In this document: one piece after another, positions 32,996-47,700 of the stretch
Layout: every line of letters begins with the position of its first letter
Position numbering within the stretch: the first letter of the stretch is position 1
Assembly: GCA_002269645.1 (NCBI GenBank)
Contig: NIVC01001632.1
Location: 186,001 to 250,000, forward strand
Source of the DNA: Macrostomum lignano
Lineage: Eukaryota
Reading direction: 5' to 3'
Length of the DNA: 64,000 nt
Translations under genes and position numbers: made by a program
Notes under the pieces: generated by a model
Database searches by the model: none
Told to the model about the DNA's origin: nothing
The model's input: only the letters and a program-made list of their open reading frames with translations

Positions 32996-33549
32996 AGTAT
33001 GATGCCATTATACTATATGGTTCCTGATAAATTTGCATGTAACGTATATCGTGTATCATTAATTCTCAATCGAAAATGGCGCTCAAAGCCTACAGTAAGT
33101 TATAGCAAGTCATACTTTATTCTAAATACACTGTACATGTACTCTGATCTCAGTATGCTGCATACACAGATCACTGAGCTTCACAAAAGCAATGGCATCA
33201 GTAGCATACACATTCTTACTCTAAACCGTATTATTGTCACCGTACGGACAAGGCACAGCTGCGCAGTATATTTATTCTCCGTTTTTTGCCTGACAAGAAA
33301 ATAATTAGGAAGGAATTATACCAGGAATTGCGCACCTTTCAGTTAAATAGAATCAAAGGAAGCAGACAAACGCTTTAAAAACCCGCTGCCAGATTCCAAA
33401 CTATTGTATTTGTGTTGCGCTTGATTCTGCGACTCTTCTGGTGAGACGAACCGCTTGAAACCGAATGCAGATTAGCGGTAGAGGAAGGGCCAGGCAGAGC
33501 AGAGCGATACAGAAGTATTAGAGAACTCACAGGTCCGGGTCTTCGGCAA

Positions 33550-34382
<833 letters not shown>

Positions 34383-35385
34383 CATAGACTGATAGATAGA
34401 ATGGGCGTGACGTCGACTCTCGCTTTAGTTAGAGAGATGGGTGCGGAAAACGTGCTGTTTAAAACGGGTTCACCTGTTTTCTTCCGTTCAATTTTTTGCT
34501 GGTAAATGCGATAGAATTTTGCGCATTAATAGTTGATTGTTTCATTATTTTGGCAGCTTCAGTGCGCAGCTCAGGCTGAGAGGACGCAAGCAATTTTTTC
34601 GAAGCAGTTTAAAACAGATTCGAGTACTCATGCGGAACGTGATTTTTCCGTCTCAAATTTTCCAAAAGTAATTACACTGACAGTAATGAGAAAAGTGGCG
34701 TGGCTATGATTATTAAAATTCAGTCTGCTCATTGAATTTCGCAGACTAAAAATTAATTGATCACGACTGTGCCACCACCTGGCCGAATGAATTGGCACTA
34801 ATTACTAAAATAATGATTTCGAGTTTCTATGGAACAGAATCATTACAAAGCTCATTCGTGCTTTAAACTAGAAAGTTTTTTACAAGCTGAACGTGAAGCG
34901 GTGAGCTTCCATCAAAAAAGCCCGTACCTACAGATAAATCTCTTATGTGAGTGCACCATCGTAAAAGAGAAGTCACCACCGCACTCAAGTCGCCATGCAG
35001 TGTGGCTCAGAATCCGATTTGATTGGCTGAGGACCGCTCGGACCAGTAGGGGACAACCGGCCACCCGGCTAGCGGCAAACATGAGCTAAATTTCAACTCA
35101 AGTTTCCTTTTTAAAGTAAGGAAACAGGAAGCAGACTGGCTCTTGATTTTGCAGTATAGAAATCCGCGAGGTACGGACTTGTCTCATTTGAAACGGCAAT
35201 TCAGGATCAGAGAGGAGACGTTATTAGAGTAAGTGGCTTGATAGTCTGCTGCATTCTTCACAGAACGGTAGCTTTTGAAGATATCGTGCTTAAAGAATCG
35301 TCCTTAACGATACGTTGCTTTCATAGGCACTCAACTAACTGGCATATATAGCGTGGAATCGATCTCGCCAACCTTCAACTACAGT

Positions 35386-36717
35386 ATGCGGGATGTTCTG
35401 CAGACAATGCCAGCTCTGTGCTCCGTCGGCATTGCGATCTGCAGTGCCAGCGTTGTGCTCAACATTTGGATTTTCTTCGTACTGAGAAACTTGCGAACCG
35501 CCTCTTCATCTGGAGACTCGGGCAGAGGCTACAACTTGACGCTGATTCGGCACCTGCTACTCACTGACGTCATCACCGCGGTGTTGGTGGTCACAGATTT
35601 GGTACTGAAAGCGCAGGGCGTAGAAACTTCGGCACCGAGACTTCCCTCGCCACCTAAGAGTTTTTTTCCGGACCTAAACAGCACAACTACTGGCCGGCCG
35701 TGGCTCCCATCTTTGCCTTCGTCATACGCCCTGCTTCATTCGCCTCTGCGGCCACTTCTGCCTCCTACACCTTCGTCGCTGACCAACAAACCGTACAAAG
35801 GCTTCAGGCCGATGGCTGGCTACAACTGCTTCCGTTGCTTCACCAGCCAGAGTCTGTACAGCTCGCACGCTCTGACCCTGATGGCGCTGACTCTGATTGC
35901 TATTGACCTGTACATTTTCGTCATCCGAGCTCTGTCCTATCAAAGCGCGTTTTTTGTCCGGTGCCTGACAAGGCTGCTGCTTGTCAGCTGGGCAATCTGC
36001 ATCGGTCTGACGGTTTTACCAATAGCCTATCATGCAGCCGTCACGGCCAGTCTGCCACCCCTTAATTTGACAACTGAGCAGCAGGAATCGCCGATTATAT
36101 ATTACTACTGTCGCTTCAAGCCGGATCTGATGGATCGGTTTTGCTGCGTCTGTCATCTGAGCGCAGACTTCTACAACTTGCAGGTTATTCTGGCCGTGTT
36201 CCTCGTCTCGTGTTGCATCGTGACATTCTGCTATTCGCGCATCGTGCTCACGATTTGTCGCCTAGCGGCGTCGGCACCCGGCCAGGCTCCGACTTCAATA
36301 GCGACAGCGGCTCGCCAAAATGTACGCGGCGTGGCCACTTCCGTCGGTCTGCTGCTGCTGTTCTATGCGCTCTTCCTGCCTTACTTTGCGCTCGTGCTGA
36401 AAACAAACATGATGGTGTTTGTGAACAGATCCGAGGCTCAAATTATGACGAACGAACATCTGAGCGAATACTTCGAAGTTGTCATGGTAACGTACACACT
36501 ATTCAACCCACTGGTGTATGCGTGCCGTCTGCGCGCAATCAGGCGTCGATCATCGCGCACGCTGGCGGTGGCGATGCTCGGCCGGCGACGAACTCGAGAC
36601 TCGGCGGCCCAGCACTTGGTGCCGTGCTCCAGCAATCACCATCTGCTTTCGGCCAGGTATGAATTGGCATGTTCTACCTTAGTTACTGAGTTAGAACTAG
36701 GGGCTATCTACGATTGA
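35386..36717 (+). CDS. Class A (rhodopsin-family) orphan GPCR, coding region uninterrupted; true start uncertain
   Basis: Seven hydrophobic segments with TM1 Asn, TM2 LLLTD, TM3 AIDLY (DRY variant), TM6 FLPYF and TM7 NPLVY. The frame is open back to an acceptor at 35326 and includes an NYS sequon, so a 5' exon may extend the N-terminus. Confidence 0.85.
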   Translation: MRDVLQTMPALCSVGIAICSASVVLNIWIFFVLRNLRTASSSGDSGRGYNLTLIRHLLLTDVITAVLVVTDLVLKAQGVETSAPRLPSPPKSFFPDLNSTTTGRPWLPSLPSSYALLHSPLRPLLPPTPSSLTNKPYKGFRPMAGYNCFRCFTSQSLYSSHALTLMALTLIAIDLYIFVIRALSYQSAFFVRCLTRLLLVSWAICIGLTVLPIAYHAAVTASLPPLNLTTEQQESPIIYYYCRFKPDLMDRFCCVCHLSADFYNLQVILAVFLVSCCIVTFCYSRIVLTICRLAASAPGQAPTSIATAARQNVRGVATSVGLLLLFYALFLPYFALVLKTNMMVFVNRSEAQIMTNEHLSEYFEVVMVTYTLFNPLVYACRLRAIRRRSSRTLAVAMLGRRRTRDSAAQHLVPCSSNHHLLSARYELACSTLVTELELGAIYD

Positions 36718-36986
36718 CTGCAGAATCTCACTGTGGAGTTTTTCCGTAACATTTTTCATTCCAGGCATCCGAGGAGCCCCGAAAGTTTGACTCGCAGCTG
36801 TTTGTCTGGTCAAGAGGCGCAGCGGAAGCAGCTGCAACTGTGCTTGCCACCGCCGCCAAGGTCACCTCAAGCGAGAGAAGAAGGCTGTGTTGAGCAGTTC
36901 GAGTTGCAGCCGATGTGATTTCTACTAGTGAGTGAGATGTCTTAAAACTTTCGGAGTTTAGAGACACAAGGGACCTCGGGGAAATC

Positions 36987-37143
36987 AGGGAGTACCAGTG
37001 ACACAAAGGAGTACCAGTTACACAAAGGAGTACCAGTGACACAAAGGAGTACCAGTGACACAAAGGAGTACCAGTGACACAAAGGAGTACCAGTGACACA
37101 AAGGAGTACCAGTGACACAAAGGAGTACCAGTGACACAAAGGA
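36987..37143. repeat. 19-bp minisatellite GGAGTACCAGTGACACAAA
   Basis: About 8 copies. Confidence 0.9.
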
Positions 37144-37557
37144 GCATCTGGCGCACCACAAGGCAGCGCCAGGGGCACTCGGATTTCGCGGAAGTTTTGG
37201 CATCCTGTTTGATGACAATATCGCGTTTTTTCGAATTATCAAAGCAAATGTCCCATTCACTCGCGTGCGCCAGTTCCCAGAACAAACAAGCTGTTGTTGC
37301 GGGTGACACCTGACAGCTCGTAATTGAATTAGCCTGCGTGCAGGGCCTGATTTATTGCATTTCTAGGTGCGCCTAATAAACGTAACTATTGTGAACGTGG
37401 CGCCTTGACTGACTGGCTGACTGACTGTTGGGTGCTGCTGCACTCGTATTTCGTCACTTGAAGACTGAGCCAAGAGGAAATTGGCCAATATAATCCGGCA
37501 TAAGTTCATACAGCTCAGACTCAAGTCAATCCGAGATTATCCATCACCCAAGGAAAT

Positions 37558-38368
<811 letters not shown>

Positions 38369-39306
38369 GAACCCACCTAGTTGCTAAGCGTTGATGAAGC
38401 CGCCAGACAGGCAGTGTGACTTAAAAAGAATACCAATAGATAAATTCAAACCCTTAGCAGCAGGCTGTCTGCAAGATACATCACTTATCAGCCTGTTAAT
38501 CAGTGCAATGCACGGTGGCTTTGCCTGATTTCCTTTTCGTTACCGCTGATGTTTGGGCGCCGGATGTGTGCCTTTTTGTTTGCAGGAGAAAATTTTTCTT
38601 TAAAACTTTAAAACTACTTGCAACTCACAGCATGCAATGCCTATAGAAGCTGGTTCAGCCAATAAAGTACTGCCTGGACACAAGGGCACCAGTGCACCTG
38701 TACCTAAGTGCTGTAGGCATAAGTACATCAGGCGTGATGCAGCAAGGCAGAGTTTGATTAACAATTTCCGCTAGGTTGAGCTTTCCGAACTTGATGAAGC
38801 AAATTGTCGGAAAATATGCGGCGCTATGAACTGACGACTGATGAATACGATGCCTTACTTATCTAGCCGGTACATGACGGATCGATGTGAGGGTAGACAT
38901 CATGAGCACTCAGAAACTGATAATTAATAGCATGATCACTCAGTAGGTGATCTGTCAACTGGCACAGGAGGCGCAGAGTGATGCGACCCCTCTAAATTAA
39001 AAGGGCAAAAACTACGCACAGAGACAGATTTCGAAACCAAGAGAAACTTCGATCAAAGGATCAAAGGGAGAGGAAGGCCAGCCATTCGGTGCAGCAAACT
39101 AATCGATTGGGGAAGCTCCGCTTAGTCTTCTGGGTGCTGAATATTTTGCATAGAAATTACAATCGGGTCACGCCAGGTGATCTTTCCTCTTCTGAGCAAC
39201 TCAACTGAGCTTACTGCTGTTGCTCTCTGCGTGCATGCAGTCTAAATGCTAAACTGCAAGTGCCGTATCAGTGCCGCCTGCGTGCCAATGCATGGGGAAA
39301 TTGCTT

Positions 39307-40040
<734 letters not shown>

Positions 40041-40474
40041 ACGCCGGGATTGACACAAGAAACATGAGCACCTCAGAGCATGATATTTTATTACATGACT
40101 CTCTTCACTGCCATTTAATTTCAGAGGCTAGCGGTCAATTCAGCACCCATGTGCCACGCATACAGCTGGACTTACATAGTGCTGGATGCTTGGGGAACCT
40201 CGGACTCAGCCACAAGCGCACAAAGTGCAGCAGTCTGGGAACCATAGAACGCCTGCAGATTTTTCGCCCTGTGCGTCAGTTCTCTTGGCTTTCTACTGCA
40301 CAATGTTTTTTGTCCTCCTAGTTTTCTGATTTCATGTACTTAACAACTGAGCAGCAGGTCTCCGTGAACCTGTTTCTACATGAACGTTTAAATTAATTTG
40401 TTATGAAAAATTTCATTCGATATTCACTTATTTTGGTTACGGTTCGAATTCATAATGAATAGTGCCACAATGAG

Positions 40475-41325
40475 AGTCATTATATGGCACAATGAGAGTC
40501 ATTAGATGACATAATGAGAGCCATTAGATGACACAATGTGAGTCATTAGATGACACAATGTGAGTCATTAGATTACACAATGTGAGTCATTAGATTACAC
40601 AATGTGAGTCATTAGATTACACAATGTGAGTCATTAGATTACACAATGTGAGTCATTAAATGACACAATGTAAGCCATTAGATGACACAATGAGAGTCAT
40701 TAGATGACATAATGAGAGCCATTAGATGACACAATGTGAGCCATTAGATGACACAATGTGAGTCATTAGATTACACAATGTGAGTCATTAGATTACACAA
40801 TGTGAGTCATTAGATGACACAATGTGAGTCATTAGATGACACAATGTGAGCCATTAGATGACACAATGTGAGTCATTAGATGACACAATGAGAGTCATTA
40901 GATGACATAATGAGAGCCATTAGATGACACAATGTGAGCCATTAGATGACACAATGTGAGTCATTAGATTACACAATGTGAGTCATTAGATTACACAATG
41001 TGAGTCATTAGATGACACAATGTGAGTCATTAGATGACACAATGTGAGCCATTAGATGACACAATGTGAGTCATTAGATGACACAATGAGAGTCATTAGA
41101 TGACATAATGAGAGCCATTAGATGACACAATGTGAGCCATTAGATGACACAATGTGAGTCATTAGATGACACAATGTGAGTCATTAGATGACATAATGAG
41201 AGCCATTAGATGACACAATGTGACTCATTAGATGACACAATGTGAGTCATTAGATGACACAATGAGAGTCATTAGATGACACAATCAGGGTCATTAAATG
41301 ACACAATGAGGGTGATTAAATGGCA
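40475..41325. repeat. 22-bp minisatellite GTCATTAGATGACACAATGTGA
   Basis: About 38 copies. Confidence 0.95.
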
Positions 41326-42206
41326 AAGTTGAAAGTGAAAGTTCCTGACAGCTGTATTACATGCTTTTGATGTGAATATTGATTTGATTTTATACACAAT
41401 AACAGTTTCTCATGCTACAGGCTACTGATAAATGTACAAACATGTAAATTTAGTCCCTCCTCCTTCCTTTTTTCGTTCATTCCGATATTTTCAATCGCGA
41501 AAAAATAATTGCTTTCGGTTGAATAGAAAAGCAACAAAAGAATATTGAGTTTCTCCCAGAATCAGAATTAAATTTAGCAGCTTTAATTAAACTGGCGTGT
41601 CTCTTTGAAAGGAAAGCTGCTTTGCTTTGAAGTTGTTAAATTTGCGTTTTCTTCTTTTTTAATTCTGATTTGACTCTATAGAAATAACGGAAAATGTCTA
41701 CTTGCCAAGAAGTTCACTGTGGCATGTTAGTCTGGCTTTTTGAGCACAAATCCAATTCTCAAAGAATGCGTGCACTCGGGGAGTCTTGAGCATAGGCCTT
41801 CCTGCCAAATCTTTTTATCAACTCCATCGTCTAATTCAACACGCATACAGTTCCCAGTTCCTTGCTCAACTTCATTCCGAATATTTCCTGAACTCCCCAG
41901 AGCCGCCAGCTATAAATAACAGTATTTCCATCTCAGCTTGTCTGGGCTATTTTGGTGCCCGAGAAAATTTATGCCAACCTCTTCTGCACCGATTTTTAAG
42001 CTTGCTTTCTTTGCTTGACTTCAACAACTCTGCCGACTGCTGTGCCAACTGTAAACCAACAGTAGAAAACGGAGCTGAAGGGCACAAATAATAGCGGGAC
42101 ATCTGGACGAAATATGTTTAATGCGCAATATATGCTGGAATTTAGTATTCCTATTTTATTTACCACTGCTCCGGTGAGTACACACTGCACAGCCTATACT
42201 TGAGGT

Positions 42207-42433
<227 letters not shown>

Positions 42434-42929
42434 TCTTTACACACACTCCTGGATATCAGATGGCGATTAAATAGTGACCATCTCCATGTAATGATTAAAA
42501 TGGCTCTCAGTCTTTCCGTCGACTGTGTGTCTGCGCGTCTGCCTTGTTCACCCCAAGGATGGAATGCTAAACCAGTAAACATGTGGAACTTACAACCAGA
42601 TCCCCTTAATCGAGGACCTCTTAAATTAGCACATTTTTATTAGCACTGTAGGGGGGGGGGGGTTATTTCAAGCACTTATGCTGATACGGCGTTTGCCAGT
42701 TCTATTATGTCTAAAGGAAATATCTATAGCAAGAAGATCGTCATTTTTTCCTTAATCCAAGCCTCCATGCATGTGACCATCAGATCTACTGTGAAGCCAG
42801 ACTCATTAGTCTATGGTTAAGAAAGTATACAAGAAAGCACTAATAGCTCCCGATTCAATTCCGTTCTGAAAGCATCCCGAGCCACTTCATACAGCCTGCA
42901 TCAAGTGGCCAAAGAAAGTGGCTGCCAAC

Positions 42930-44335
42930 ATGGCTTCGAAACGGAAGCCCGTCAAGCGTTCAAAGAAGCCGAAAAAGCAAAGCCCCAAGCAGAAGCGCAC
43001 AAAGGTGAAAACTAATAAAACTAAACAGAAGCCTAAGACTAAGAAGCCAACGAGCAAATCTAAAGATGCCAAGCGTTCCAAATCCGAGGAGAAAAGGAGG
43101 CGCGAGCAAAAGTCGACCAAGATGGCCAAGCAGCACAAGCAGAAGCTGCTGAACGCCAAGAGGGAGCGCCAGCGCCAGCGCAACACGCAGATGATGCGGA
43201 TACGCCGGGGGGCTCAGCAGGGGAGGTCGAGACAGGCGGCAAAAGACAGAGAGAAGCGGCAAGACGGCGCAGCCAGTGACACTACTGGGACCGAACAGGA
43301 GATGGACGAGGATGTGACCATTCTGACCAAACAGTATCAGAAGGAGGACAGCTTGTTTGTGAGTACGAAATGGAAAGTTTGTGAAAGCATTTTCTTTATT
43401 GCTCTAGCTAGCGATTTTAGAAACCAGTTTATCCACTAAAAAGACCAGTTTAACCAGTTGAGAAACCAGTTTATCCACCAAAAAGACCATTTTAACCAGT
43501 TGAAAACCAGTTTATTCACCTAGTCTTAAGTGACCAGTTTATCCACTTGAGAGACAAGTTTATTCACTTGAGAAACCAGTTTATCTACCTAGTCTTAAGT
43601 GACCAGTTTATCCACTTGAGAGACCAGTTTATCCATTTGAGAAACCAGTTTATTCACTTGAGAGACCAGTTTATCCATTTGAGAAACCAGTTTATCCACT
43701 TGAGAAACCAGTTTATCCACTTGAGAAACCAGTTTATCCACATGAGACACCAGTTTATCCACTTGAGACACCAATTTATCCACTTGAGAAACCAGTTTAT
43801 CCACTTAAGAGACCAATTTAACCGATTGAGAAAACAGGAAGTAAAAATAGTAAGAAATGGCCCGATCACAATGCAAAATCCATCATAAGACCTAAAGTAT
43901 GCGGTCGAAACCCCCATCTCGCAGAATCGCGTCCAAATGCGCCTTGAGGACTTGCTAGCCGGGCTGCTCTACTTCCTGACCGTGACGATACGGTCCGAGA
44001 GGACTTACGACTGGCTCACGTTCCTGGCCAACAACCTGGGCCTGTACCAGGAGTACGAGATTAATGACTACGGCCAGAGGCTTAGTCCGCGCACCGGGCG
44101 ACCTGTACTACTTAGCCTGGGTCCAATTCGAGTAGTACAGATAGTTGAATCGGCCAATCAGGTTCGCTCTTATTGGGATCCGTACATCCGCGACTTCCTG
44201 AGGAATTCCAATTTGACAACGGACTGCTGGCGAGCCAACCGCATGGCTCTGCAGGTGGCACTGTGCATGGACGATAATGGCACCATGTACGACATGCCGC
44301 TGAATAGTGGCGAGGATAGAGATCCCAGAGCTTAG
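42930..44335 (+). CDS. Orphan protein with a very Lys/Arg-rich N-terminus and a non-repetitive ~140 aa C-terminal domain; join(42930..43358,43925..44335), 279 aa
   Basis: Good start context (CCAACATGG). Phase-0 intron GTGAGT...CTCGCAG carrying a 21-bp minisatellite joins two track ORFs in frame. Codon usage resembles that of the neighbouring genes. No family recognised. Confidence 0.7.
43420..43835. repeat. 21-bp minisatellite CCAGTTTATCCACTTGAGAAA (intron of the basic-protein gene)
   Basis: Tandem copies; the LRNQFIH ORF is an artefact. Confidence 0.9.
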
Positions 44336-44789
44336 CCTGCTTCGGCCTAATTATTACGTAATAATTAGTCCAACGCCTAGTCTAACGTTAAAAATATACT
44401 ACTGAATCGAGCAGACCAGTACGTCTAATTATTTTTTCCTAATCAATGATTTCCAGCTCTTAGTCACTAAATTAACTTCGCTTCTGATTACAAAAACTAG
44501 AAAATGTCAATTCTTGGGAAAAATACTATTTTTACTCCTACTTATAGTAGTAGAAATAGGAAAGCTGCGTATTTTCGTCAAAAGAAAGAAATCGAGAATA
44601 TTTAACCGCTCTGTCTATGGCAGCGGGCGATTAGAGTAAAGTACAAAGAAATGTGCATGTTCTGCGTCATTTGGCTGGGGATTTGTTGCTGGCTGCTTGT
44701 ACGAATAAAAAATTAGTACAATATCACAACTGATGGAGTGATTTTGCGATTGAGTCGACTTAACAAACTGCTGTGCAATACATGTAATT

Positions 44790-47700
44790 ATGTCTAAAAT
44801 GCCGGTCAGCAAATTTTTAAGCATTTTCCGTACGCCCAGCAGTGGCAGACGAAAACGGAGACACAGAACTATCAGTTTGCCTGGCTCTTTGGACTCGGGA
44901 TCTGTCACCGGATCAACCTGTTCGCAGTTTCTATCTCCTGCGGATTCTAGTGAGTCAGAATATTGTCACTTTAAGGATATAAATTATTCTGTATGACAAG
45001 GGGCAGTAGTAGCCTTAGCCAGACAAGGATAATATCGACTAAACACATCACACATGCACAATTAAAGCTAGGCCAAGTTGATAACAGGCATTGTTTTTTC
45101 TCTTCTCACCGAGTTATGGGCTTATGGCATGAGAAATGAGTAATGGACAATATTTATTTGTTTTATGGCCACTGCATTGTCAATGACAACGCTGTACAAA
45201 TAACAGTGTGCAGTGTAGACTGGTGCAGCGCTATTCAGGTGAAACAAGTAGTTTTTAATACGCTATAAATATCAATCCGCGAATTTAATGAGTCAACGGT
45301 CAAAGACCAAACAGCCCGGCACGAGCCGAGGCCTGTTACAGGCTTGCGTGGTACGAACAACTTCAGGTATCGGTATTAAGGAGTGGAGAACTAGGCCTAG
45401 AATTACAGTGCAAACACTGATATAGCAGAAGGCAGAAGCAGCATTTTGACAGAGCGAAAATGACCCTGTTGCTCCCTGCAAGCCTGTCCCAATATGCAGA
45501 CTGCCTAGCACTTTCTGGCACTTCCTAGCACAAAGCACAAAGCACAAAGCACAAACCATACCGGTCTACCCCAACCGTTGGGCATTCAGATTAAAAAGTG
45601 GCGTGATTCTGGTCTTATCGGAGCTATTTTTAGAATGGTAAGACGAGGTTTGCCCCGCGTTGCTAAGTTACTGCGCGCGGAGGGTTGGGCACGCCCGAAT
45701 GACTGTGTTGGCTGTACATTGAGGCGGGGGTGATGTTCGCGGAAAGATTTCCGTTCAGTCCGCTCCTAGTCCACATGTGCAAGGCGGGGGGGGGCCAATT
45801 CACAAATACAGCAAAGCTCCCAATGGAGGGTTTGGGGTGGGTTTCAAGGCCAAAGTAAAATACGCCAACATCGGACGACATTTATGTGCCTTACTAAGCT
45901 CCCTCCCGACCCAAAGCCTCCTAGAGTTTCGGTCGGGGCTTTTTTCAATTGAATTCGCAAGGAACTAAAATAAATGGTGCCACGCCTGCGACACTCCACT
46001 AAATAAGGCGGGGGAGGCTAAGTCACCTGACTGGCAGACTATACAATAACTATCGCTATCAGTTGTAACTCGAGGCCAATCATCCTAGCCTCCAAGCTAT
46101 ATATTAATAGACACTGCACTGCTTATATATAAAATCAGTGCCAGACAAGCTTGGCACTATCAAATAAGGATTATGCAAACCTTAGAAGATGACGATGCAG
46201 TAATCGAACTCTTAGAGAAGAGCAGAGAAGAAGCCAGCGAAGCAACAACCAACGGGAACGAAAACGGCCAGGAGCTGGCGACAAAGAAGATGATCAAAGA
46301 AGAAAAAATCTGCAGTATGTTTGGTCTGTCATTGAACGAAAAGATTCTAAAGTGTAAGTAACTTATTGATTTACATTTTTCTTGTCTTATTTCTTGTATT
46401 GTAGTAAATTCTAGTTTATATTTTGCAGGCTTTGCCTAGAACCTAAAGAGCTTAGTAAGATAGTTTCTATGAGTATGACTAATAAAAATAAAAATTTAAG
46501 TATTTAAATTTAAAGCTTTGAAATTGAATAATAACAATAATCAACATGCTATATTCAATATTAAACTATAAAACTAGGACATAGGGAATGAAGCGATACT
46601 AATTTAGTTTAACTAATTTTAAAATAATTACAACAAATGTATTCATTTCCCTTTTTAAAGTAACTTAATATTTTTCTATATTTTTTCAGCATTTCCATGT
46701 TTCCTAGTGGCAGAAATTCTTATCCAAGGCACTATGACTGTCACACAACGCCATATCTGCTTTAATTCAAATATACCTGGTTTAAAGAGAAATGTAAGTA
46801 CTTACATACTGTATACATATCCATTTGTTGAATAATGTTTCAAATAAAAAACTCATTGTTGCGATTATACTAAATATCATCATGTTTGAAATACGATTGC
46901 ACAGATCAAAATTAGATTCGCCGATGTGGTACAGCTGTCCAAGGAGAAGGTGTACGCATTCTTCCCAACTGGCATCGGGGTGCACACTCGGCAGCGGCAA
47001 GAGAAGGTTCGGCTGAATGTATTTTACATAATACATGCATTTCTTGTGTGTGTGCGTTTAGTAGTAGTAGATAGAAGACGAGGGAGAGGTAGATGAGACC
47101 AGGTAGAGGTAGACAAAGGAGAGGTAGAGGAGACAGGAGAGGTAGAGGAGACGAGGGAGAGGTAGATGAGACCAGGTAGAGGTAGACAAAGGAGAGGTAG
47201 AGGAGACGAGGGAGAGGAGACAAAGGAGAGGTAGAGGAGGCAAAGGAGAGGTAGAGGAGGCAAATAAGAGGTAGAGGAGACAGGAGAAGTAGAGGAGACG
47301 AGGGAGAGGTAGGGGAGACGAGGTAGAGGAGACAAAGGAGAGGTAGAGGAGGCGAGGTAGAGGAGGCAAAGGAGAGGTAGAGGAGGCAAATAAAAGTTAG
47401 AGGAGACAGGAGAGGTAGAGGAGGCAAATAAGAGGTAGAGATAGGAGAGGTAGAGGAGACGAGGGTCGAGGGAGAGGTAGACAAAGGAGAGGTAGAGGAG
47501 ACGAGGGAGAGGTAGACAAAGGAGAGGTAGAGGAGACAGAGGAGAGGTAGAGGAGGCAAATAAGAGGTAGAGACAGGAGAGGTAGAGGAGACGAGGGTCG
47601 AGGGAGAGGTAGACAAAGGAGAGGTAGAGGAGACGAGGGAGAGGTAGACAAAGGAGAGGTAGAGGAGACGAGGGAGAGGTAGACAAAGGAGAGGTAGAGG

